In this document: in pieces, positions 9,775 to 18,101 of the stretch
Position numbering within the stretch: position 1 is the first letter of the stretch
Layout of the letters: each line of letters begins with the position of its first letter
Assembly: GCA_947475205.1 (NCBI GenBank)
Contig: CANJNG010000003.1
Span: 5,726 to 69,725 of the forward strand
Origin: Bacteroidota bacterium
Lineage (GTDB): Bacteria > Bacteroidota > Bacteroidia > JAIBAJ01
Direction: 5' to 3'
DNA length: 64,000 nt
Translations under genes and position numbers: made by a program
Notes under the pieces: model-generated
Seen by the model: the letters and a program-made list of their open reading frames with translations, nothing else
Told to the model about the DNA's origin: nothing
Database searches by the model: none

Positions 9775-10794
9775 TTGTCCAACACACCTTCCCAAAAAAC
9801 AGGGCTACTCATATTAAACCTCGGCACACCCGATAGCCCGGCTGTGGGTGATGTTCGCCGCTATCTTTCTCAGTTTCTTAACGACCCCAGAGTAATAGAC
9901 ATACCCTGGTTGGCTCGGAAAATATTGGTGAATGTCATCATAGTTCCGTTTCGTGCACCTAAATCGGCCAAGATTTATCAGGAACTTTGGACTCCCGAAG
10001 GCTCGCCATTATTAATTTATGGTGAAAAACTAAAAGCCAAAGTGCAAGCCGAATTGGGTGAAAATGTGGTGGTGGAATTCGCCATGCGATACCAAAATCC
10101 ATCTGCAAAAGTGGTATTGGAGCGAATGCGAAAAATGCACCTCGATAGGATAATTGTTTTCCCCTTATTCCCGCAGTATGCAAGCAGTAGCACAGGTTCT
10201 GCTTTGCAGGAAGTGATGGAAATAATTAAAAACTGGTGGGTAATTCCCGAACTTCGTTTAATAAGCCAATATTTCGACAACTCCAAATACTTAGATGCTG
10301 TTGCCGAAACGGGAAAGGCGTTTCCACATCAAAATTATGACCACGTTGTGTTTAGTTTTCACGGCCTACCGGTGCGACAAGTGGACAAAGTGTATGAAGA
10401 CCTTCAATGCAGCAACCACCATTGCGAAGATGAAATAAATGACGAAAACCGCTATTGCTACAAAGCCGGATGTTATTTTACAGCTCGCGAAGTAGCCTCT
10501 CGTTTAGGTATTCCAAAAGAAAAATATACGGTTAGTTTCCAGTCGCGGCTCGACGACAAGTGGATAAAACCCTATTCAGATAAAGTGGTTGAAGAGCTAG
10601 GAAAAAACGGAGCCAAAAACATTCTCTGTTTCTCTCCCGCCTTCACAGCCGATTGCCTCGAAACCATTATTGAAATCGGCCACGAATACCAAGACATTTT
10701 TGAAAAAGTCGGAGGACAGAAAGTTCAATTAGTGCCTAGCTTAAACGACAATGATAGTTGGGTAAAAGCGATTGTAGATATCGTTGAATTGTAG
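9775..10794 (+). CDS. hemH: Ferrochelatase
   Basis: 'LNLGTPDSP', 'FPLFPQYASSSTGS', 'FSFHGLP', 'FTADCLETIIEI'. Confidence 0.95.
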   Translation: MSNTPSQKTGLLILNLGTPDSPAVGDVRRYLSQFLNDPRVIDIPWLARKILVNVIIVPFRAPKSAKIYQELWTPEGSPLLIYGEKLKAKVQAELGENVVVEFAMRYQNPSAKVVLERMRKMHLDRIIVFPLFPQYASSSTGSALQEVMEIIKNWWVIPELRLISQYFDNSKYLDAVAETGKAFPHQNYDHVVFSFHGLPVRQVDKVYEDLQCSNHHCEDEINDENRYCYKAGCYFTAREVASRLGIPKEKYTVSFQSRLDDKWIKPYSDKVVEELGKNGAKNILCFSPAFTADCLETIIEIGHEYQDIFEKVGGQKVQLVPSLNDNDSWVKAIVDIVEL

Positions 10795-10809
10795 CATTTC
10801 TGCTCCAAT

Positions 10810-11136
10810 TCACACCATTTCTTTCTTAATTGCTACAAAAGCTAAGGGTAGCATCACTACCACCAACCAGCAAACCGGATTAATTCGGCTTTCTTGAATT
10901 AACGGCAACAAAGCACACCGGAAATGAAATAGGAAAGGATATACCGCCGCTGCCAAATAAATCCACAACCGATAATTAAATTTGAAAGCCATTGCTCCGA
11001 AGCAAATTCCATAGCTAAACAAATGAATTATATGCGAAAGGTTTGATTCGTTCGAAGGCTGAAACAGCGGAATATAAATGTGTACCGCAAAAGCTATCGC
11101 GAAGAAGAGCAAGAAGGGATATGCTATTTTAGACAT
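10810..11136 (-). CDS. Small multi-pass membrane hypothetical protein
   Basis: 108-aa ORF with about four hydrophobic segments, directly downstream of prfC on the same strand. Confidence 0.6.
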   Translation of the reverse strand: MSKIAYPFLLFFAIAFAVHIYIPLFQPSNESNLSHIIHLFSYGICFGAMAFKFNYRLWIYLAAAVYPFLFHFRCALLPLIQESRINPVCWLVVVMLPLAFVAIKKEMV

Positions 11137-11158
11137 GTTGCTGGGTTACCAATTATAA

Positions 11159-12757
11159 TCAAACCGCCGCTTCCATTTTAAACTCCGAAGTAAAGTGGAA
11201 TTTAAGTTTCGGATATTTCTCAATACTCGTATCTAAAATCCACGAACTTTCAGCAAAGAAAACCGGATTATTGTCTTTGTCGTAAGCAATGTTAGAGGTT
11301 TTAAACTGGATGAAATCTGCAAGTACCTTCTCATCGTCCGACGTAATCCAACAGGCTTTATAAAAGTTGAGCGGCTGAAATTTACAGGCTGCACCATATT
11401 CATTCAGCAAACGGTATTGAATCACCTCAAACTGCAGTTCGCCCACCGTTCCAATAATCTTACGATTACCCGGATTAATACGAAACAACTGTGCCACCCC
11501 TTCGTCTGACAGTTGCTCGATACCCTTTTCCAATTGTTTGCTCTTCATCGGGTCCGAATTAATAACCTCTTTGAAAAGTTCCGGTGAAAAACTCGGAATA
11601 CCCTTATACATTAGCTTTTCGCCTTCCGTCAGAGTATCACCTATTTTGAAGTTTCCCGTATCATAAAGCCCAACCACATCCCCCGGAAATGCTTCTTCCA
11701 CCACCGATTTATCCTGAGCCAAAAAAGAATAAGGATTTGAAAACCTAATTTCCTTCCCTAACCTAACATGAGTGAAGAATTTATTGCGTTCAAACTTCCC
11801 CGAACAAATTCTCAAAAAAGCAATCCTATCCCTATGCTTAGGGTCTAGGTTAGCGTGAATCTTAAATATAAACCCACTGAAATCTTCCTCATCCGGTTTC
11901 ACCAATCGAGTATCCGTATTCCGGGCAATCGGATGAGGGGCAATGCGAATAAAAGTTTCAAGCAATTCCTTCACCCCGAAATTATTTACAGCCGAACCGA
12001 AAAACACCGGAGCCAAATGTCCTTCCAAATAAATATCGGGCTTAAACGTGTCATAAACGCCTCCAATAAGTTCCACATCATCCCGAAGTTGGTCAGCATC
12101 CTTCTTCCCCACCAAATCATCCAACGCATCTTCGCCCAAATCCGAAATCGCCACCACATCCGCCGAAATCTTGGTTTTGTTCGCACTAAACAGATTCAGC
12201 GATTTGTCATATAAATTATAAACCCCCTTAAACTGAGCCCCAATGTTTATCGGCCAACTCAGCGGACGAACCTTAATCTTCAGCTTTTGTTCAATCTCAT
12301 CCAGCAAATCAAACGGATTGCTCCCCTCCCGGTCCATTTTATTGATAAACACAATCACCGGAGTGTTCCGCATCCGGCAAACCTCCATCAGCTTCTCCGT
12401 TTGTTCCTCCACCCCTTTCACGCAATCTATCACCAATATTACACTGTCCACCGCCGTCAGCGTGCGATAAGTATCCTCCGCAAAATCCTTGTGCCCCGGC
12501 GTATCCAGCAGATTCACCCGCGTACCTTTATACTCAAACGACATCACCGACGTAGCCACCGAAATCCCCCTTTGCTTCTCTATTTCCATAAAATCCGAAG
12601 CAGCCGTTTTAGTTATTTTATTGCTCTTCACCGCTCCCGCCGTTTGAATTGCCCCGCCAAACAGCAGCAGTTTTTCAGTCAGCGTAGTTTTTCCCGCATC
12701 CGGGTGCGAGATGATAGCGAAGGTGCGGCGTTTGTCTATTTCCTGTTCTAATTTCAT
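11159..12757 (-). CDS. prfC: Peptide chain release factor 3
   Basis: '[20 protein letters not shown]', '[14 protein letters not shown]', 'NKMDR'. Confidence 0.98.
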   Translation of the reverse strand: MKLEQEIDKRRTFAIISHPDAGKTTLTEKLLLFGGAIQTAGAVKSNKITKTAASDFMEIEKQRGISVATSVMSFEYKGTRVNLLDTPGHKDFAEDTYRTLTAVDSVILVIDCVKGVEEQTEKLMEVCRMRNTPVIVFINKMDREGSNPFDLLDEIEQKLKIKVRPLSWPINIGAQFKGVYNLYDKSLNLFSANKTKISADVVAISDLGEDALDDLVGKKDADQLRDDVELIGGVYDTFKPDIYLEGHLAPVFFGSAVNNFGVKELLETFIRIAPHPIARNTDTRLVKPDEEDFSGFIFKIHANLDPKHRDRIAFLRICSGKFERNKFFTHVRLGKEIRFSNPYSFLAQDKSVVEEAFPGDVVGLYDTGNFKIGDTLTEGEKLMYKGIPSFSPELFKEVINSDPMKSKQLEKGIEQLSDEGVAQLFRINPGNRKIIGTVGELQFEVIQYRLLNEYGAACKFQPLNFYKACWITSDDEKVLADFIQFKTSNIAYDKDNNPVFFAESSWILDTSIEKYPKLKFHFTSEFKMEAAV

Positions 12758-12873
12758 ACTATTTTTAAGGCGAGTGCGAAAGTACGGTTTCTTTACAATA
12801 GAGAATTTTGAACTTTTTAGCCTAATTTTTTAAGATTTGGAGCAGAACGTTCCATCTTCCAAACCAACGTTTG

Positions 12874-12980
12874 GGTCCCGCTTTCGCCTATAGCCGCCTC
12901 AAATGCAGGCGGGCTATTTGGCTCTATCGGGGCTAGACCAAAAGGGCAGAGCTTCGATGGGCGGGGGGAGGGATGCCCAT
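12874..12980. repeat. REP-like nested palindromic element plus a G-rich-loop hairpin
   Basis: GGTC...GACC closes TAGCCGCCT/AGGCGGGCTA (12891-12916); second hairpin ATGGGC/GCCCAT (12958-12980). GC-rich compared with its flanks. Confidence 0.45.
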
Positions 12981-12990
12981 TCGGCGGAAT

Positions 12991-13020
12991 AAAAAAAGCG
13001 TAGCTGGTTGGCTACGCTTT
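12991..13020 (-). terminator. Intrinsic terminator for the minus-strand accessory genes
   Basis: On the minus strand AAAGCGTAGC-caacca-GCTACGCTTT is followed by a T run. A related copy, AAAGCGTAGCC-aga-GGCTATCGCTT, lies at 13057-13081. Confidence 0.7.
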
Positions 13021-13113
13021 CTTAATAATATGAAGATGGCCAAAGGCCAGAGATATAAAGCGTAGCCAGAGGCTATCGCTTAGCGGATGCAAGCTACGGT
13101 TAGGGGGTAACGC

Positions 13114-14466
13114 TTAGTTTGGAAGAATTGAGGTATGCAAAAGCTGAAAATTTGGACCTTTGCTGCAATTTCCAATAAAACTTACGTCATATTTCAATTT
13201 TGATATTCGTAATGTGTATGATGGGGTCGAACTTATATCGTCAGTTGCTTTTAAATCACATTTAATCATAATATTATATGCATCTTCCTCCAAGATTTTA
13301 TATGTTCCTAAATAATTGGACTTTTTTTCTGCTGTGCCGTGCCTCAAAAAGGCTTCATTGTTATGCATAAAGACAAAATCATAGCTACATTCAGGAATTA
13401 GTAACCTATTGCCATAAAGACCTACTATTTCATTACAATTTTCACGTTTCATAAAGTAGCTTTCTTGGTAACCTGTATAAGCTCCAAGAAACTCATCTGG
13501 CAATTCTTCATGACTTCTTACGTCCGGCATCCAATAAATTGAAAGAATAACACTAACGATAATAAAAGCAATAAATGTGATTCGAAAGTTCACAGAGCGA
13601 ATGAGTGAACCAAAAGTAAAAGTTGGGTTGTATTTCAGAGTGAAATATCCAATAACACCAATTGTAATAGCAAATAAAAAAATTAACAGTAAAATACTTA
13701 GCGGTGACAATGCCTTTTCATTTTCTTCAATCTTTATTGCTTTTATCGAAGCGTTAATAGAGTCTTCCATAAATGCTTCATTCGCAATATTTATTGAATC
13801 AATTCTGTTTATGCTATCCCTTCTATTTTTATTTCTTACTTCCAAATCAATTTTAGAAGTAGAGGGTTCTTCTCTAATTACTTTGCCTTCAAGCAGGATT
13901 TGTTCTGTTTGGGGTGGTTCAACAATTTTGCCATCATCATATCTTAAGAAAATCTTTTTTGTAAGTGAAGGGCAACATCGACTGTCATCATCATCATACA
14001 GCATTGAGGAACAATAAATACTTCCCTTGTAGGCCTCGTTAACATTATAATCAAAATCATTGTTATTCCGAAGTTCACTTTTTAAAATGGAAGCACTTAG
14101 TGTAAACACATTCTCATTAAATAAATAAATGGCAAAACCTGATTCTATGCAATAGTCAAACATTAATGCATTTCCTTCTTGTTCTTGATCGTTGTCATCA
14201 TCCGTTGATTGAACACAATAATCCAAAAAGGCATCTACCTCATGGTCGTTATTTAAATCACTAAAAAAAACTTCAATTTTAATATTACTCCCTTCATATT
14301 TATTTTTTAAAAGTTTAATGTGTTTATTAATTACAGCCTGCTCCATATCAACGTATTGATATGGCGATAAATACTGCCCTTTATCAACTTTTTGTCCGAA
14401 GCCTATTTGGAGGCAATAAAGAAATATTAAAATAGCGACACTTAATGGTTTGTATAAATTTGTCAT
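13114..14466 (-). CDS. AT-rich orphan membrane protein (signal peptide, exported N-domain, two TM helices, C-domain)
   Basis: 450-aa ORF with a Ca-loop-like 'DLNNDHEVD', a 'DSRCCPS' motif reminiscent of LppP/LprE-type domains, and two internal hydrophobic helices. Visibly more AT-rich than prfC and nadB. Confidence 0.7.
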   Translation of the reverse strand: MTNLYKPLSVAILIFLYCLQIGFGQKVDKGQYLSPYQYVDMEQAVINKHIKLLKNKYEGSNIKIEVFFSDLNNDHEVDAFLDYCVQSTDDDNDQEQEGNALMFDYCIESGFAIYLFNENVFTLSASILKSELRNNNDFDYNVNEAYKGSIYCSSMLYDDDDSRCCPSLTKKIFLRYDDGKIVEPPQTEQILLEGKVIREEPSTSKIDLEVRNKNRRDSINRIDSINIANEAFMEDSINASIKAIKIEENEKALSPLSILLLIFLFAITIGVIGYFTLKYNPTFTFGSLIRSVNFRITFIAFIIVSVILSIYWMPDVRSHEELPDEFLGAYTGYQESYFMKRENCNEIVGLYGNRLLIPECSYDFVFMHNNEAFLRHGTAEKKSNYLGTYKILEEDAYNIMIKCDLKATDDISSTPSYTLRISKLKYDVSFIGNCSKGPNFQLLHTSILPN

Positions 14467-14470
14467 AATT

Positions 14471-15130
14471 CTATCTAAAACACCTCATGAAAAAATCTCT
14501 GGAAAGCAGATTGTGAAGTTTAAAGCGAAAATGGCCATTTCTGACATTTTCAGGCATTTCTTCTTTACTAATTAATATTGGTTTGGGTAGCATTATTAAA
14601 TCTTCCGTTTTAAATTTAACGTTTAATATATTTCTAGGAATTCTTCTGCAATCGTCAAAAGTTTCAACGCGAGCACCAACATTAATTAATTCGTTTCTCA
14701 TTAATTGAATTGTAGCCAATTCGGCACCAAGTGGCTCCATAAAATAATTGTAGACTACTTGAGCTTCATTGATTGATATACCTATCATATTTTTACAATA
14801 GGCAACAATGAAAATTCCTGCAACTGGCTCGCTTCTTATTGTGTAAAATACAACTTCGTATGGTTTGCCTATTTTGTCCTTAGCCTTGAATGCTTGAACA
14901 AATCCGTATCGCCATCCATCCTTAGTTAAAATTCCATCATTTCTATTTAACCATTCTTCATGTCCGTAGTTATTAGGGGAGCATTCGAATAAGGAATTTC
15001 TTTGGCATTTACCATAACGACTACTCGGTTTTTCCCATTTGTTATCGTTTGGAGTTAGTCTTGTAATATACATTTTGTTTGTTTTATTGTTTGTTTTTGT
15101 TTGATAAATTCCTAGCCCCGAAAAGTACAT
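14471..15130 (-). CDS. AT-rich cytoplasmic hypothetical protein
   Basis: 219-aa ORF (start may be ATG 15073) with motif 'WEKPS...GK...YGHEEWL...DGWRYGFVQ'. Confidence 0.7.
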   Translation of the reverse strand: MYFSGLGIYQTKTNNKTNKMYITRLTPNDNKWEKPSSRYGKCQRNSLFECSPNNYGHEEWLNRNDGILTKDGWRYGFVQAFKAKDKIGKPYEVVFYTIRSEPVAGIFIVAYCKNMIGISINEAQVVYNYFMEPLGAELATIQLMRNELINVGARVETFDDCRRIPRNILNVKFKTEDLIMLPKPILISKEEMPENVRNGHFRFKLHNLLSRDFFMRCFR

Positions 15131-15216
15131 AAAAAACTCTCCCTACATCCTCCCCGCCACCACCAAAAACAAAAACCCCACCAATCCCAAACCCATTAAC
15201 CCAATCTGCCCCCCGC

Positions 15217-15240
15217 TAATCGTAGCGTCCTCGCTACGAT
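15217..15240. repeat. REP-like GTAG hairpin
   Basis: AATCGTAGCG-tcct-CGCTACGATT, a perfect 10-bp stem. Confidence 0.55.
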
Positions 15241-15331
15241 TGGTACCCAAGGCCTCCGGCCAGCATTTCCATTCCCCGCATCAAAACTAAACCGACCTCC
15301 ATCCAGAGAAACCCCAAATGGCTTTGCCCCC

Positions 15332-15490
15332 GGAAACTTCCCAGCAATAGCGGCAGCAAGCACGAAGGGCTGGCAAAGGGCGTTTGGGTGCTTGATGTCC
15401 GCGGTTTCCCCTTCGGCCATAGCCGTTGGGGAAAATTGCCTTGGAAGTTTCCACGGTTTTTGGTTACTTTTTGCCAAGCCAAAAAGTGAC
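15332..15490 (+). ncRNA. Candidate multi-stem structured RNA or non-autonomous repeat element
   Basis: Stems GGAAACTTCC/GGAAGTTTCC (15332-41/15443-52), GCGG..GCAAGCAC/GTGCTTG..CCGC, TTCCCC/GGGGAA, and a terminal GTTACTTTTTG/CAAAAAGTGAC hairpin. Strand is uncertain. Confidence 0.45.
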
Positions 15491-15565
15491 ATAAAAATAC
15501 CATTTTACCCAAAAACACCCCTCCAGCCCAATAGAATCAAGCCTTTGCAATTCAGAAAAAGTGCG

Positions 15566-15838
15566 GTAGAAATTAATTCGGGGGTGGTAGAAACTCTACA
15601 AGGGTCGGTAGAAATTCAACCTTGCCCGGTAGAAATCAAACCGGATGCGTTAGAAACCCTACTAGGGTCGGTAGAAATTCAACCTTGCCCGGTAGAAATC
15701 AAACCTGACGTGGTAGAAACTCTACATAGGTCGGTAGAAATTCTACCGGATGTGGTAGAAGCTAAACAAGAGTTGGTAGAAATTCAACCCTAACCAGTAG
15801 AAACCCTACCCAGCCCGGTAAAAATTCATATATCCCCC
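15566..15838 (+). repeat. Tandem array of 13 x 21-nt units with a conserved GTAGAAA head
   Basis: Units start at 15566, 15587, 15608 ... 15818 with exact 21-nt spacing. Units 3 and 6 are identical; units 2/5/8 and 4/7 are related. Confidence 0.92.
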
Positions 15839-17440
15839 CTAAAACTTCCTGCTGCTTCCTTCGCCCGGCTTATAATCCACCGAATAATGCAAACCCCGGC
15901 TTTCCTTGCGTTTCATCGCACTCCGAATAATTATATACCCAATATTAATCAAGTTCCGCAATTCGCAAAGCTGCGGCGAAACCGTAGTGCGGTCATACAA
16001 GTCTTCGTTTTCTTGATAAATAATATTCAGGCGGTCCAAGGCACGCTTTAACCGAAGATCCGACCGCACAATACCCACATAACTACTCATTATTTGCTGC
16101 ACTTCACGCAGGTTTTGAGTAATCAGAACCATCTCTTCCGGATACGAAGTTCCGCTATCGTTCCAATCTGGAATATTGCCCTCAATAGAAATATTCCCTA
16201 TCGCTTTCGAGGCATCCAGTGCAGCTCGGTGGGCATAGACCACAGCTTCTAAAAGCGAGTTCGAAGCCAAACGATTCGCCCCATGCAGCCCCGTACTGCT
16301 ACATTCTCCGGCAGCATACAAATTCTCTATCGACGACCTGCCCCACATATCTACTTTAATTCCCCCACAGATATAGTGAGCCGCAGGCACCACAGGAATA
16401 AAATCTTTAGCCATATCTATCCCTATGCTTTTGCATTTAGCATAAATATTAGGAAAATGTTTAACAATCTCGTCAGGGTCAAGATGTGTACAATCAAGCC
16501 AAACATGCTCATGACCCAGAGTTTTCAACTCATTGTCAATAGCCCTTGCCACAATGTCTCGTGGAGCAAGCGAACCCTGTTTGTCATACTTCTGCATAAA
16601 CTCCTTACCGTTTTTCGTTCGAAGCAAACCACCTAAGCCCCTTACAGCTTCACTAATCAGGAAGCTCGGACGCTTAGCCGCTGCATTGTATAACGATGTT
16701 GGGTGAAACTGTATAAACTCCATATTCTCCACCCGCCCCTTGGCTCGGTAAACCATTGCAATGCCATCGCCGGTTGCAATCACCGGATTGGTTGTATTTT
16801 CATACACATTACCTGCCCCCCCTGTAGCCATCAAAGTAGTTTTTGCCAAAATGGTTTCCACCTTTCCGGTTTTCAAATTCAACACATACACCCCAAAACA
16901 CTTTACATCTGGTGTGTTTTTGTTTACCTCCACACCCAAATGGTGCTGGGTAATAATATCAACAACAAAAAAATGGTCGTGAATAATGATGTTAGAATTA
17001 CTGCGAGCTTGTTCGAGCAAGGCTCGTTCAATTTCAAATCCTGTTTTATCTTTATAGTGAAGGATTCGTTTCTCGCTGTGGCCGCCTTCCTTCGCCAAAT
17101 CATACTCCCCATCCGGCATTTTGTCGAACTTGGTTCCCCATTCTGCCAATTCAATAACCCGCTCGGTGCTTTCAGTTATCACCATCCGCACCACGGCCTC
17201 ATCGCATAGGCCATCCCCACATTCAAGCGTATCTTTTATGTGTTTTTCGTAACTGTCGGGCTCATGAATTACGGCAGCTATTCCGCCTTGAGCATATTTG
17301 GTATTGCTCTCATCTTCGTTATCTTTGGTGAGCATAATCACCTTCCCGTGGTCTGCAACTTTAAGGGCATAGGTAAGCCCCGCAATACCGGAGCCAATAA
17401 CGAGAAAATCGGTTTGGATTTGTTTCGATTCAGTTTTCAA
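15839..17440 (-). CDS. nadB: L-aspartate oxidase
   Basis: 'GSGIAG', 'TKYAQGGIA', 'QFHPT', 'LHGANRLASNSLLE', 'RKESRGLH'. Confidence 0.96.
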   Translation of the reverse strand: MKTESKQIQTDFLVIGSGIAGLTYALKVADHGKVIMLTKDNEDESNTKYAQGGIAAVIHEPDSYEKHIKDTLECGDGLCDEAVVRMVITESTERVIELAEWGTKFDKMPDGEYDLAKEGGHSEKRILHYKDKTGFEIERALLEQARSNSNIIIHDHFFVVDIITQHHLGVEVNKNTPDVKCFGVYVLNLKTGKVETILAKTTLMATGGAGNVYENTTNPVIATGDGIAMVYRAKGRVENMEFIQFHPTSLYNAAAKRPSFLISEAVRGLGGLLRTKNGKEFMQKYDKQGSLAPRDIVARAIDNELKTLGHEHVWLDCTHLDPDEIVKHFPNIYAKCKSIGIDMAKDFIPVVPAAHYICGGIKVDMWGRSSIENLYAAGECSSTGLHGANRLASNSLLEAVVYAHRAALDASKAIGNISIEGNIPDWNDSGTSYPEEMVLITQNLREVQQIMSSYVGIVRSDLRLKRALDRLNIIYQENEDLYDRTTVSPQLCELRNLINIGYIIIRSAMKRKESRGLHYSVDYKPGEGSSRKF

Positions 17441-17625
17441 TAGGCTGCGAATTTCTGCATTTTTGCTTAGTGCTGAGTTTAATTTCTTTGGGGCTCAAAA
17501 TGAAGCCTTGATATTGAAATGCAAAATTCAATTCCACATTTTCCGTGGATTAATAACAAAGTGCTAACTTCTATTCAGGGAAAAATAGTGGAGGTGCAAA
17601 CGCCTACCATCCCAATGAAATTCCC

Positions 17626-17991
17626 CTAAACAAACAGCCCACTCATTTTAAACGCAACCGTTCCGTCATTTTTTGAAAGCGAAAAATCTGCTTTGATTTT
17701 CCCCGAATCATTTAATGCAAGGCTAAAACCACATTTCAGCACCCCATCAATTTCAGGGTTCACAACCGAAAGAAACTTTATTTGTTTAGCTTCTTTCAAG
17801 CTAAGTTTTTTAGTTAAGGCCAAACCAATTACTTCTTGGCATAGTTTCACCATAGTGACTCCAGGTACAATTGGCTCACCGGGAAAATGTCCCTTGAAAA
17901 TGGGGTGAGATGAGTTTAGTGCAACATCACACGAAAAACCATTTTCGGAAGGTTTAATGTTGTGAAGAGTATAAAAAGAATTTAGAAGCAT
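17626..17991 (-). CDS. FabZ/ApeI-like hot-dog 3-hydroxyacyl-ACP dehydratase
   Basis: 'HPIFKGHFPGEPIVPGV' motif in a short stand-alone protein. Confidence 0.85.
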   Translation of the reverse strand: MLLNSFYTLHNIKPSENGFSCDVALNSSHPIFKGHFPGEPIVPGVTMVKLCQEVIGLALTKKLSLKEAKQIKFLSVVNPEIDGVLKCGFSLALNDSGKIKADFSLSKNDGTVAFKMSGLFV

Positions 17992-18101
17992 GTATAGTGA
18001 GTTTGGTTAAAGCTAAAGTAACTCAAAAAAAATAAAACTTAGAAGGCAAGGGCCTTTATCGTATTTAATATGAATTCTATCAAAATTACTCTATTTTTGT
18101 A

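Noticed and set aside
12860-13113. Integron attC site or gene cassette
   Set aside because: GTTAGGG/CCCTAAC lies next to the stop codon, but there is no complementary partner core within attC distance and no integrase.
15392-15793. 133-aa ORF as a real protein
   Set aside because: It is stitched from the structured element and the tandem array, and stops mid-array while the repeat continues.
15566-15838. Cas12a-type repeats (the minus strand contains AATTTCTAC...GTAGA)
   Set aside because: A 21-nt period leaves no room for a repeat plus spacer, the loop is too long, and there is no cas12 gene; probably coincidental.
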